Shown: piece after piece, positions 10,000 through 19,433 of the stretch
Position numbering within the stretch: position 1 is the first letter of the stretch
Layout: each line of letters opens with the position of its first letter
Origin: Vicinamibacterales bacterium
GTDB taxonomy: Bacteria; Acidobacteriota; Vicinamibacteria; Vicinamibacterales; UBA8438
Assembly: GCA_965249175.1 (NCBI GenBank)
Contig: OZ252227.1
Span: 2,299,699 to 2,363,698 of the forward strand
Direction of reading: 5' to 3'
Length of the DNA: 64,000 nucleotides
Position numbers and translations under genes: made by a program
Notes under the pieces: model-generated
Seen by the model: the letters and a program-made list of their open reading frames with translations, nothing else
What the model was told of the DNA's origin: nothing
Database searches by the model: none

Positions 10000-10197
10000 G
10001 GCTGGTCTCCCTCTGTGCGCCTTGAGCGCGTTTGAAAAATGTGGAGCGCAAGCTACCACGTGGGGACGACCAGCCGCTTCATCCTATCTCCCCGACGCCT
10101 TCGCGGCTGATCCGGGATCGGCTCGTCCGGTTCGGGCGGGAAGCGCAGGTTCGGGAGTCTGTGTCCTGACAAGAACCCGACCCGTCCCGAGTGCGAA

Positions 10198-10385
10198 ATG
10201 AACCTCGTCATCATCGCATTGGTGCTCGTCCAAGCGACATTGTCGCCTCGCGAGGCGTACGCGCCCTACAACCAGTTCACCGAGTTCGATCGTCATTTCT
10301 CGAAGTACAGCAAGCGGTACTTCGGTCCGGCATTCGACTGGCGCTACTTCAAGGCCCAAGCCATCGCCGAATCTCGGTTGCAGGT
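10198..10385 (+). pseudogene. Lytic transglycosylase (SLT/MltF-like) N-terminal fragment
   Basis: Signal peptide then FDRHFSKYSKRYFGPAFDWRYFKAQAIAESRL; reads on in frame into K4. Confidence 0.7.
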
Positions 10386-10491
10386 AGCACTAAGCGAAAC
10401 TGTTCACCCTAGCCCCAGCGACCCGGCAAGACGACGATCCCGCCCGCTGACGGACTACAATCCCCGTACTTCCCCAGAACCCAGGAGGATC

Positions 10492-10692
10492 GTGCCACTG
10501 ACGCCCGGCGTACGGCTCGGAGCGTACGAAGTCACCGCCAAAATCGGCAGCGGCGGGATGGGGGAGGTGTACCAGGCGCTGGACACCAACCTGGATCGGG
10601 ATGTCGCGCTGAAAGTCCTGCCTGATGCCTTCACGTCGGATCCCGATCGCCTAGCCCGTTTCGAGCGGGAAGCCAAGGTCCTCGCCCGCTGA
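10492..10692 (+). pseudogene. Ser/Thr kinase N-lobe fragment K4
   Basis: TACAAT -10 and AGGAGG RBS; IGSGGMGEVY..VALKVLPDAF..RFEREAKVLAR*. Confidence 0.9.
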
Positions 10693-10697
10693 CCATC

Positions 10698-11597
10698 ATG
10701 TCCACAGCGCCGGATCCCGATACCGAGACGCCCACCGACGTGGGGCCCCGCCTCCGTGCCGCGCGGGAGGCAAAGCAGCTCTCACTGGGCCAGATCGCGG
10801 ACGCCACCAAGATCTTGATTGGTACGCTCGAAGCTGTTGAAACGCATGACGTTGCCCAGCTGCCTGGGGGCATCTTCACGCGCGGGGTCGTCCGCGCCTA
10901 CGCGGCCGAGGTCGGGCTCGACCCCGAACACACGCTGCGCGACTTCATGGCACAGGTGCCGTCCGAGTCCACCGCGGCCGCGACCTACGGGGACTGGCAG
11001 GAGGACGACGGCGGCCTGTTGGTGAGCCTGCCTCGGATCGATGAACCGTCGGGCGCGTTGGCTATTCTTAAACGGTGGCCCACGCTGTGGCTGGTCAGTG
11101 TGGCGGTAGTCGCCGTGTTGTTCTCTCTTTGGACGTTGTACCCACGGCCGTCCGCGGGGGAAGCACCACTGGCTCTGGTCAGCGACGCGGACCCCGCTCT
11201 ATCGTCCCGTCCGACCACCCCGTTGGGAGGCGACCCACTCCTCCCGAGCGAACCGGTTCCGCGGCTGACGGATCCCGGGACACCCGCAGCCCCGGCGTCG
11301 GTCGTGGCGTCAGCCGTGACCGCCCCGGGACCGCTCGCCACCCTCACCATCGTGTTGCGCGCGAGCCGCGAGTGCTGGGTGTCGCTGCGCGTCGATGGGC
11401 AGTTGGTCGTGCGTCATGTCATGCAGCCCGACGATAGCGAAACCCATCGGGCGGACGAGGAGATTGTGTTGAGCGTGGGTGACGCCGGGGCACTTGCGTT
11501 CTCGATCAACCAGCAGAACGGCCGACCACTCGGAGCGTCGGGCGAGGTGAAGACCGTGAGGATCACCCCCGACAACTACCGTGACTACGTGCGATGA
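10698..11597 (+). CDS. RodZ-like protein (HTH_25, TM, DUF4115)
   Basis: VGPRLRAAREAKQLSL..LPGGIFTRGVVRAYA; TM; CWVSLRVDG..VGDAGAL..PLGASGEV. Confidence 0.85.
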   Translation: MSTAPDPDTETPTDVGPRLRAAREAKQLSLGQIADATKILIGTLEAVETHDVAQLPGGIFTRGVVRAYAAEVGLDPEHTLRDFMAQVPSESTAAATYGDWQEDDGGLLVSLPRIDEPSGALAILKRWPTLWLVSVAVVAVLFSLWTLYPRPSAGEAPLALVSDADPALSSRPTTPLGGDPLLPSEPVPRLTDPGTPAAPASVVASAVTAPGPLATLTIVLRASRECWVSLRVDGQLVVRHVMQPDDSETHRADEEIVLSVGDAGALAFSINQQNGRPLGASGEVKTVRITPDNYRDYVR

Positions 11598-11608
11598 GCG
11601 AGCGTTCC

Positions 11609-11659
11609 AAAGCCCGTGACACCCGCCTGGACCGCACCATCGCCATCAAGGTGCTGCCC
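11609..11659 (+). repeat. Ser/Thr kinase internal fragment K5
   Basis: KARDTRLDRTIAIKVLP. Confidence 0.75.
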
Positions 11660-11782
11660 ACCCTTCGGAGCGCGAATGGCTAACGCCTCGGCCACAAGAC
11701 AACGCGTTGGTCCACGGCGGGCGCACCTGCAACCCACCAGTTGGGAAACCGCTCGACTTACCGGCGTCCTGGCTGGGTCTAG

Positions 11783-13250
11783 CAGCCCGTGGTGAAAGTC
11801 CCTATTAGGGATCGACACGATCGATCCCGCGTACTACACTGTCGCGCATGGCGATGGGCAAACGACGACGCCGGGCGCGGCAAGCATCGATGTGGGTTCC
11901 CACCAGCGACCTGCCTCGCAGTGCGGCGCATCCGTTCTATCAGCGATTGAATCGGATCCTCGATGACACGGGCTTCGACGCGTTCGTCGAGGCGCAATGC
12001 GCGCCGTTCTACGCGGACGGCGTCGGTCGTCCGAGTCTGGCGCCGGGGCGGTACTTCCGGCTGCTGATGCTCGGCTACTTCGAAGGGCTGGACTCGGAGC
12101 GGGCGATCGCGTGGCGGGCGGCCGATTCGCTGAGCATCCGGCAGTTTCTGGACCTCGAGCTGCACGAGGCGCCGCCGGATCACTCGACGCTGTCGCGCAC
12201 CCGGCGCCTGATCGACGTCGAGACCCATCAAGCGGTGTTCACGTGGGTGCTGCAGCAACTGGCCGACGCCCAGCTCGTGACCGGGCGGACCCTCGGCATC
12301 GATGCCACGACGTTGGAAGCGAACGCCGCATTGCGGAGTATCGTGCGCCGGGACACGGGCGAAGGCTACGAGGCGTTTCTGACCGGGCTGGCCGAGGCGT
12401 CCGGCATCGTCACGCCGACCCGCGCTGAGCTGGCCCGGTTCGACCGGAAACGGAAGAAGAAAGGCTCCAACGACGACTGGACGCATCCGCAGGATCCGGA
12501 CGCGAAGATCACGAAGCTGAAGGACGGGCGCACGCACTTGGCGCACACCGCGGAGCATGCGGTGGACCTGGAGACGGGGGCCATCGTCGGCGTCACCGTG
12601 CAGGATGCCGACGACGGCGATACGACGACGATGGTCGAGACCCTGATCACGGCGGCCGACCACGTCGAAGCCGTCCTGCCGGCCGGCGCCGGTATCGCCG
12701 AGGTCGTCGGGGACAAGGGGTATCACAGTAACGAGACGATGGTGGCGTTCGCCGCGCTCGGCGTGCGCAGTTATGTTTCGGAGCCGGACCGCGGGCGACG
12801 CAACTGGACAGGCAAGGCGGCGGCGCGCGACGCCGTGTACGCGAACCGTCGGCGCATTCGGGGCACGCGTGGGCAACGGCTGCTGCGACGGCGGGGCGAG
12901 TTGCTCGAACGCCCCAACGCGCATCTCTACGAGACCGGGCGGCTGCGCCGGGTGCATCTGCGTGGGCATCCCAACATCCTCAAGCGCGTGCTTGTGCACG
13001 TCTGCGGGTTCAATCTTGGGCTCCTCATGCGGCAGCTGACGGGCGTCGGCACGCCGCGGAGCCTCCAAGGCCGCGCGGTCGCCGTCTTCGAGGCCTTGAT
13101 CGCTGATCTTGGCCGCCTCTGGACCCTCGTATCGCCCGCGTGGGCGCGAGATGCGCAAGATCTGCCGCACTCGTCGTTTCTCGACCTTATGACACGGTGT
13201 CACGAACACATGCCCCTCGACCTACGAAAGGGCGTTTTCACCACGGGCTG
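11783..13250 (+). mobile_element. IS1182/IS5-like element with CTAG target
   Basis: IR CAGCCCGTGGTGAAA/TTTCACCACGGGCTG, CTAG duplicated. Confidence 0.92.
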
Positions 13251-13254
13251 CTAG
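11848..13254 (+). CDS. DDE transposase (DUF772 N-terminus)
   Basis: GRPSLAP..SERAIAWRAADSLS..PDHSTLSRTR..IDATT..GDKGY. Confidence 0.92.
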   Translation: MAMGKRRRRARQASMWVPTSDLPRSAAHPFYQRLNRILDDTGFDAFVEAQCAPFYADGVGRPSLAPGRYFRLLMLGYFEGLDSERAIAWRAADSLSIRQFLDLELHEAPPDHSTLSRTRRLIDVETHQAVFTWVLQQLADAQLVTGRTLGIDATTLEANAALRSIVRRDTGEGYEAFLTGLAEASGIVTPTRAELARFDRKRKKKGSNDDWTHPQDPDAKITKLKDGRTHLAHTAEHAVDLETGAIVGVTVQDADDGDTTTMVETLITAADHVEAVLPAGAGIAEVVGDKGYHSNETMVAFAALGVRSYVSEPDRGRRNWTGKAAARDAVYANRRRIRGTRGQRLLRRRGELLERPNAHLYETGRLRRVHLRGHPNILKRVLVHVCGFNLGLLMRQLTGVGTPRSLQGRAVAVFEALIADLGRLWTLVSPAWARDAQDLPHSSFLDLMTRCHEHMPLDLRKGVFTTGC

Positions 13255-13382
13255 AGGGCGCCAGATGCTGGCTGGATGCAGGACCAACACAAAGATCAGA
13301 AGGAGCGCCGCGGTTTCAGCAAAAGGCGACGGCATGCGGACACTGTGTCACACGCTCATCTCCACGCGAAGCAGGAGGGAAC

Positions 13383-13643
13383 ATGACACCAACCGAGTTC
13401 GCTGATCAGCTTCGCGCCTACTGCTCGTGGTCCCGCGGGTCCGTCACGAGCTGGGGCCGGTCACCGGAGCGCAACGCCGAGGTGGGCGGGCACGCCGACT
13501 CGTCGCACCTGCTCTGGTTGGGGGCCGACGTGGGGTATCGCCCGAACCCGCGGCCGCCGGTGGCGCAGGCGCGACGGCGGGCGAAGCGGTTGGCGCTGCG
13601 CTTGGTGCGGGAGGGCGATCATGACCATCTACAAGCGCTCTGA
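13383..13643 (+). CDS. Peptidase M15A-like (phage endolysin-type) small protein
   Basis: VTSWGRSPERNAEVGGHADSSHL..GAD..HDHLQ zinc-ligand pattern; GGAGG RBS. Confidence 0.72.
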   Translation: MTPTEFADQLRAYCSWSRGSVTSWGRSPERNAEVGGHADSSHLLWLGADVGYRPNPRPPVAQARRRAKRLALRLVREGDHDHLQAL

Positions 13644-13696
13644 GGGAGGGTAGGGCGCGGTGGGGCGACGGTGGCTACGGTGCAACGGTGGGCCTG

Positions 13697-14329
13697 TCAG
13701 CCTGTAGTTGTACGGCGGGACGTCTCGGCTCTATCGGCCGACTTTCCCGAGGCCCCCGAGCCGTCGCCAAGGCGAGAGACGTCATCGATGATTCTGTTGG
13801 CGAAGGCGTCGAATCTGGCTTGATCAAGCGCTTGTGGAGGCGGCCACTGGCAATCAGACGCCTTAGGCCAAAGCAGGCGGCACGAGTCATGGAACTGGTC
13901 GGGAACGGAGAAAGAAGGGTGGAGTTCCTCTGGGTGATGAACGACAAAGAGCTGAAGGCATAATTCACCCAACGCGACGGTGAAAACAAAACCGTGCGGC
14001 GGGGCTGCTGATGTTGTGACCGGCAGTATCAGCTTTCCCGCGATGCTGGCTGTTACTTGGGGGCCACGGTACCGGGCCACGTAAACTCGAGTCCCTGGTA
14101 GGAGGGACAACGTTCTTGGGGGTGCTGCACTCAACGTCTTGTATAGAGTCCCTCTTTCGGCTTGAGTGAAGTAACGACGGTCTGGCCGCACGTAGTCCCA
14201 ACAAACTGCGGTCTTGGTAGTCCATTCTGCAAGCGTCGCAATCTGTTTCAAATCCAGCGTCGTCGGCTGCCCTTTTAGCAGTGGGGCGACTACAACCTTA
14301 GCTCGTTGCTCCAGTTGGCTCATCCACTC
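13697..14329 (-). pseudogene. Lower-GC hypothetical (HNH-like family C-terminal part), 5' end removed at IS256
   Basis: WMSQLEQRAKVVVAPLL..LAEWTTKTA; ORF runs into the IS end. Confidence 0.55.
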
Positions 14330-15764
14330 GAGATATAACCAGAAGTTGTGGATCGGCAGTCTGAAGAAGGCGGCGTATCCTTTCGCGTGAGCAACGCGAA
14401 AACTCCGGCTGGCAGGCCGGTGAAAGGAGCCGCCACCCATGCTGAAGGTACTCGACAACGATGGAGCAGACAACGAAGTTCCGCCGGAAGAGCGCGGTGC
14501 GCAGACGGTGGACGAGCTGGCCCGGGAGGGAGCCCGGCGGATGTTGATGACGGCCCTGGCGGTGGAGGTCGGGCAGTACATCGAGGCCCACGGCGAGGAG
14601 CGGGACGCGCGGGGACGCCGGCTGGTCGTTCGGAATGGTCGGGCCCAGGCGCGGAAGGTGACGTGCGGGGCAGGTACGCTCGAGGTGCATGCTCCTCGGG
14701 TGAACGACAAAAGGGTCAACGGCGCGGGCCAGCGGGAGCGGTTCACGAGTCGGATCTTGCCCCCCTACATGCGTCGCTCGCCCAAGGTGGCGGAGGTGCT
14801 GCCGATCCTCTATCTGCGCGGTCTGTCGACGGGCGATTTCCGCGAAGCGCTGCCGGTGCTATTGGGGGATGACGCGGCCGGCCTCAGCGCGACCAACATC
14901 GCGCGCCTCACGGCGGTGTGGGAAGAGGACTACCGGCGGTTCCGCCAGCGGGACCTGGCCGATCGTGACTACGTGTACGTGTGGGTCGACGGCATCCATT
15001 TCAACATCCGGCTCGAGGACGATCGGCTCTGTACGCTGGTGATCATCGGCGTACGGCCCGATGGGACCAAGAAGCTCGTGGCCCTGGAGGACGGCTACCG
15101 CGAGAGCACCGACAGCTGGGCGACGGTGCTGCGGGACCTCCAGCGGCGCGGCATGCGGGCCCCGGTGGGGGCGGTCGGCGACGGCGCCCTGGGTTTCTGG
15201 GCGGCCGTGCGCGACGTGTGGCCGGACACGCGAGAGCTCCGCGACTGGTGTCACAAGATGGGCAACGTGCTCGACAAATTGCCAAAGCGATTACAGCCGA
15301 AAGCGAAGCGCGCGCTCCGCGAGATCATGTACGCCGAGACGCGGGCACACGCCGAGGAGGCCATGGACGTCTTCATCGCCGAGTACGAGGCCAAGTACCC
15401 GAAGGCGGCGGCGTGCCTGGACGCAGACCGCGACCGCCTCCTCACGCACTTTGCCCTGCCAGCTGAGCATTGGCAGCACGTGCGCACGAGCAACGTCATC
15501 GAGTCGCCATTCGCCACGGTCCGACTCCGGCAGCGCGTGACCAAAGGCGCGGGCTCGCGCACCAAGGGCCTGTTGATGGCCTACAAGCTGCTCGAGATGG
15601 CACAGCAGCGCTGGCGTCGGCTCAATGGCGCGCATCTGCTGCCACTCGTCCGCGCCGGCGTGACGTTCATTGACGGGGTACAGCAGGAGCGAAACAACGA
15701 GGGAGATCGGAAGGTGGCCGCCTGATCACGCTGATGACCGATCCACAACATTTGACAATATCTC
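14330..15764 (+). mobile_element. IS256 type A copy 3 (no target duplication)
   Basis: Same ends; flanks CATCCACTC and TTGGCGACG do not match. Confidence 0.95.
14439..15725 (+). CDS. IS256 transposase, intact 428 aa
   Basis: YVWVDG, VGDGALGFW, DWCHK, RTSNVIESPF. Confidence 0.96.
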   Translation: MLKVLDNDGADNEVPPEERGAQTVDELAREGARRMLMTALAVEVGQYIEAHGEERDARGRRLVVRNGRAQARKVTCGAGTLEVHAPRVNDKRVNGAGQRERFTSRILPPYMRRSPKVAEVLPILYLRGLSTGDFREALPVLLGDDAAGLSATNIARLTAVWEEDYRRFRQRDLADRDYVYVWVDGIHFNIRLEDDRLCTLVIIGVRPDGTKKLVALEDGYRESTDSWATVLRDLQRRGMRAPVGAVGDGALGFWAAVRDVWPDTRELRDWCHKMGNVLDKLPKRLQPKAKRALREIMYAETRAHAEEAMDVFIAEYEAKYPKAAACLDADRDRLLTHFALPAEHWQHVRTSNVIESPFATVRLRQRVTKGAGSRTKGLLMAYKLLEMAQQRWRRLNGAHLLPLVRAGVTFIDGVQQERNNEGDRKVAA

Positions 15765-16143
15765 TTGGCGACGTTCCCGCTAACGCTGATGTGGTTCACC
15801 GTGGTCCTCTGCTTCACAATGTATGCGAGTAACGTGATGAGCTGGACGCTCCTCTCCTCAGGGAGATCGGCGGACCACTGGTGCTTGATTCGCCGGGAGG
15901 GTCGGCGACGACACCGCGTAGAGCCGCTCGAGCTCGGCGATCTCGTACGCGGCGACGAGCCCGTGCGTCTCGGCTATCGTCTGGCGTCGCCGGTGCAACG
16001 CTGCGAGGGAGTGCTCAAGTCTGAACGCGCAGTAGGCTTCGACGAGGTGGTCAAGGTCCTCGCGCGAGAGTCGAGATCCGTCTGAGCCTGGCATCGCTCC
16101 CCCACCTGAGGTTGCCCGCTCCCTGCTACGACGTCTCAGCGAC

Positions 16144-16215
16144 GCCGATCCGGAGCGCCCACCGCGGCCATTCTACTGGTCTACCAGTGGCTCCGGCGGT
16201 CGTGGGCCGATCCAA
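16144..16215 (+). repeat. Fic-like degenerate repeat F1
   Basis: AILLVYQWLRRSWADP; first ~35 bp repeated at 16544-16562/17998-18024. Confidence 0.6.
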
Positions 16216-16425
16216 TGCTGCCGCCGTGAAGGCGGGGCATCGGCCTCAAGGAGACAGAAACCGACGCCCCTGAGCCGCCACCAAGGGCCTAGCTGGATGA
16301 CGGTCTGACGCCAGCGTACCGCACGCCGCCCGCGCTGGTGCGAGAGGGCGATCACGATCATCTGCAGACAGGCTCTGAGGCGGCCTCGTCGACCCTACAG
16401 GGCGGCAGGTGGCGTGCCGATACGG

Positions 16426-16520
16426 TGCTCAGCCCCGTCGACTGACCAAGTTACGCACACCAAAGGGGCCAGTGCGGGGTGAGGGCCGCCGGCGCGTATA
16501 CACGCTGGCGGCCCGCCCAC
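16426..16520 (+). repeat. Companion repeat R1 (similar to 19322-19405)
   Basis: GCTCAGCCCC..CCAAG..GGGCCAG..GGGGTGAGGG..GGCCCG in both. Confidence 0.55.
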
Positions 16521-16562
16521 CTCCTGCGCTTCTCAACGTAGGTGCCGATCCCGGAGCGCCCA

Positions 16563-17997
16563 GAGATATAACCAGAAGTTGTGGATCGGCAGTCTGAAGA
16601 AGGCGGCGTATCCTTTCGCGTGAGCAACGCGAAAACTCCGGCTGGCAGGCCGGTGAAAGGAGCCGCCACCCATGCTGAAGGTACTCGACAACGATGGAGC
16701 AGACAACGAAGTTCCGCCGGAAGAGCGCGGTGCGCAGACGGTGGACGAGCTGGCCCGGGAGGGAGCCCGGCGGATGTTGATGACGGCCCTGGCGGTGGAG
16801 GTCGGGCAGTACATCGAGGCCCACGGCGAGGAGCGGGACGCGCGGGGACGCCGGCTGGTCGTTCGGAATGGTCGGGCCCAGGCGCGGAAGGTGACGTGCG
16901 GGGCAGGTACGCTCGAGGTGCATGCTCCTCGGGTGAACGACAAAAGGGTCAACGGCGCGGGCCAGCGGGAGCGGTTCACGAGTCGGATCTTGCCCCCCTA
17001 CATGCGTCGCTCGCCCAAGGTGGCGGAGGTGCTGCCGATCCTCTATCTGCGCGGTCTGTCGACGGGCGATTTCCGCGAAGCGCTGCCGGTGCTATTGGGG
17101 GATGACGCGGCCGGCCTCAGCGCGACCAACATCGCGCGCCTCACGGCGGTGTGGGAAGAGGACTACCGGCGGTTCCGCCAGCGGGACCTGGCCGATCGTG
17201 ACTACGTGTACGTGTGGGTCGACGGCATCCATTTCAACATCCGGCTCGAGGACGATCGGCTCTGTACGCTGGTGATCATCGGCGTACGGCCCGATGGGAC
17301 CAAGAAGCTCGTGGCCCTGGAGGACGGCTACCGCGAGAGCACCGACAGCTGGGCGACGGTGCTGCGGGACCTCCAGCGGCGCGGCATGCGGGCCCCGGTG
17401 GGGGCGGTCGGCGACGGCGCCCTGGGTTTCTGGGCGGCCGTGCGCGACGTGTGGCCGGACACGCGAGAGCTCCGCGACTGGTGTCACAAGATGGGCAACG
17501 TGCTCGACAAATTGCCAAAGCGATTACAGCCGAAAGCGAAGCGCGCGCTCCGCGAGATCATGTACGCCGAGACGCGGGCACACGCCGAGGAGGCCATGGA
17601 CGTCTTCATCGCCGAGTACGAGGCCAAGTACCCGAAGGCGGCGGCGTGCCTGGACGCAGACCGCGACCGCCTCCTCACGCACTTTGCCCTGCCAGCTGAG
17701 CATTGGCAGCACGTGCGCACGAGCAACGTCATCGAGTCGCCATTCGCCACGGTCCGACTCCGGCAGCGCGTGACCAAAGGCGCGGGCTCGCGCACCAAGG
17801 GCCTGTTGATGGCCTACAAGCTGCTCGAGATGGCACAGCAGCGCTGGCGTCGGCTCAATGGCGCGCATCTGCTGCCACTCGTCCGCGCCGGCGTGACGTT
17901 CATTGACGGGGTACAGCAGGAGCGAAACAACGAGGGAGATCGGAAGGTGGCCGCCTGATCACGCTGATGACCGATCCACAACATTTGACAATATCTC
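16563..17997 (+). mobile_element. IS256 type A copy 4
   Basis: 9-bp duplication GAGCGCCCA. Confidence 0.96.
16672..17958 (+). CDS. IS256 transposase, intact
   Basis: Same protein as 14439-15725. Confidence 0.96.
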   Translation: MLKVLDNDGADNEVPPEERGAQTVDELAREGARRMLMTALAVEVGQYIEAHGEERDARGRRLVVRNGRAQARKVTCGAGTLEVHAPRVNDKRVNGAGQRERFTSRILPPYMRRSPKVAEVLPILYLRGLSTGDFREALPVLLGDDAAGLSATNIARLTAVWEEDYRRFRQRDLADRDYVYVWVDGIHFNIRLEDDRLCTLVIIGVRPDGTKKLVALEDGYRESTDSWATVLRDLQRRGMRAPVGAVGDGALGFWAAVRDVWPDTRELRDWCHKMGNVLDKLPKRLQPKAKRALREIMYAETRAHAEEAMDVFIAEYEAKYPKAAACLDADRDRLLTHFALPAEHWQHVRTSNVIESPFATVRLRQRVTKGAGSRTKGLLMAYKLLEMAQQRWRRLNGAHLLPLVRAGVTFIDGVQQERNNEGDRKVAA

Positions 17998-18299
17998 GAG
18001 CGCCCACCGCGGCCATTCTACTGGACGGGCCACTCGTCTGGTATTTGCCTTATGTTCGCTATTATTCAACCTGTGCATCCTGGAGGCGTTCATCGCTGCA
18101 GCCCTCCGCCGTGAAGGGCTGCAGCCACAGGCTGGCCATGCGGCATCACTCGAGCACGGGCTGCGGGCCGGCCTGCGCTACCTGGGCGACCTCGGCGGCA
18201 AGCCGGCCTTTCCCGAGCCGCATATCTGCTAGTGCTGGGCTATCTGGCCGAGCCCATGAACGCCAAGGGCTAGAGCGTGTCTTCGACGAGGGGCTATCC

Positions 18300-18460
18300 T
18301 TTGGCGGTGAAAGTGCCTCCGCTCATGGAGCTGTGGTGCCGGTGCCCGCCGCGCCGGACACTGGAGGACGCCTACCAGGCGCTGTTGAAGGTGCAGCCGT
18401 TCGGGCGGGCCAACAGTCTCGTTGCGCTGCTGGTCTACCAGTGGCTCCGAAGCGCCCATT
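18300..18460 (+). pseudogene. Fic-like degenerate fragment F3
   Basis: KVPPLMELW..EDAYQALLKVQPFGRANSLVALLVYQWLR. Confidence 0.55.
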
Positions 18461-18773
18461 GCGCGAGCGCCTGGAGATTGCCCGCTCTGCGGGTTCGTGG
18501 TGAGCGAATCCGAAGAGGTTGGCCGCTCTGCACATCCAGCCAAGCGACATCGCAAGATGTAGGGGCAGCGGTCGTGACGCCAGACGGCCGACAACCAGGA
18601 TGTGACCTGCCTGGTCGATGTGTCGCTAGCGTTCGACGTAGACCAGCAGCGCCACGTCCCCCACGGTCTCCCGCGGCGGTGGGTGCCCGTTGATTTATGA
18701 CCACCTCCAGGCGGACTTATCAACCCCGGTCGGACGCCGCGCTCGGTCGCCCGCCGTAGAGTAAGCTAAAGCC

Positions 18774-19160
18774 GTGACATGGCAACAAGACGATGCGCGG
18801 CGGGTAGTAGACAGCGACATGCGGGGTGAGAGGCCCCGGAAGCCGTCGGAGGAGCAGTGGTGTCTTTTCGGCGAACGGGTAGCGCTTGCAGCGATTGACG
18901 CCGTTATCCAGCGCGTCAAGCAGCGTCTGTTAGGACGGGGCCTCGCAGGGATGACGCTGCCTGAGATTGACGACGCACTCTCAGACCTCGGGACCGCTCG
19001 AGAGGATGTCGGAGGCGGAATCGAAGCACGTGCGCTGCCCACGAACACGTGCGCGTGTGGAGCAGTTGCTGTGGCTGAAGCGTCGACGAAGGGCGTATGC
19101 GGCGTGTATTGCGCGCAGTGTCTCAACAAGATGATGAACTCCATAGGGGCGCCCTCGTAA
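18774..19160 (+). CDS. Hypothetical protein with C-terminal Cys cluster
   Basis: 128-aa ORF with CACG..YCAQC; no family recognised. Confidence 0.4.
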   Translation: MTWQQDDARRVVDSDMRGERPRKPSEEQWCLFGERVALAAIDAVIQRVKQRLLGRGLAGMTLPEIDDALSDLGTAREDVGGGIEARALPTNTCACGAVAVAEASTKGVCGVYCAQCLNKMMNSIGAPS

Positions 19161-19433
19161 TTGGGCCCCCCCGAGCCACTTCGAGAGATCCGGCTGCGAC
19201 CAGTTCACTGGAAGGCGTTCTTGGCGCTGCTGGCCTACCAATGGCTCCGGCGGTCGTGGACCGACCCGCAAGTCCCGCCCGCGACGGGAACTGCACTGAG
19301 CCGTCGAATCGTCGATAAGAGGCTCAGCCCCCGTCGTGGCCAAGCCGGAAGCGGGCCAGCCAGGGGGTGAGGGTCGCCACGCGCGGCATACGTGCCGGTG
19401 GCCCGTCTTTTGCCATTTGACCCACTGGCCATC

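Larger units (their letters stand above)
8572..10089 (-). mobile_element. IS110-family, IS1111-group element
   Basis: Sub-terminal IR ATGAAGCGGCT (8575-8585)/AGCCGCTTCAT (10072-10082), CT core at both junctions, long non-coding region downstream of the transposase. Confidence 0.92.
8444..10150 (+). pseudogene. Ser/Thr kinase N-lobe fragment K3, split by the IS1111-type element
   Basis: 8444-8571 [15 protein letters not shown] and 10090-10150 PDAFAADP..RFGREAQV rejoin at a CT core. Confidence 0.9.

Noticed and set aside
11779-13209. Long antisense ORFs (also 23004-24278, 60780-62198, 62274-63647)
   Set aside because: Opposite-strand shadows of high-GC transposase genes.
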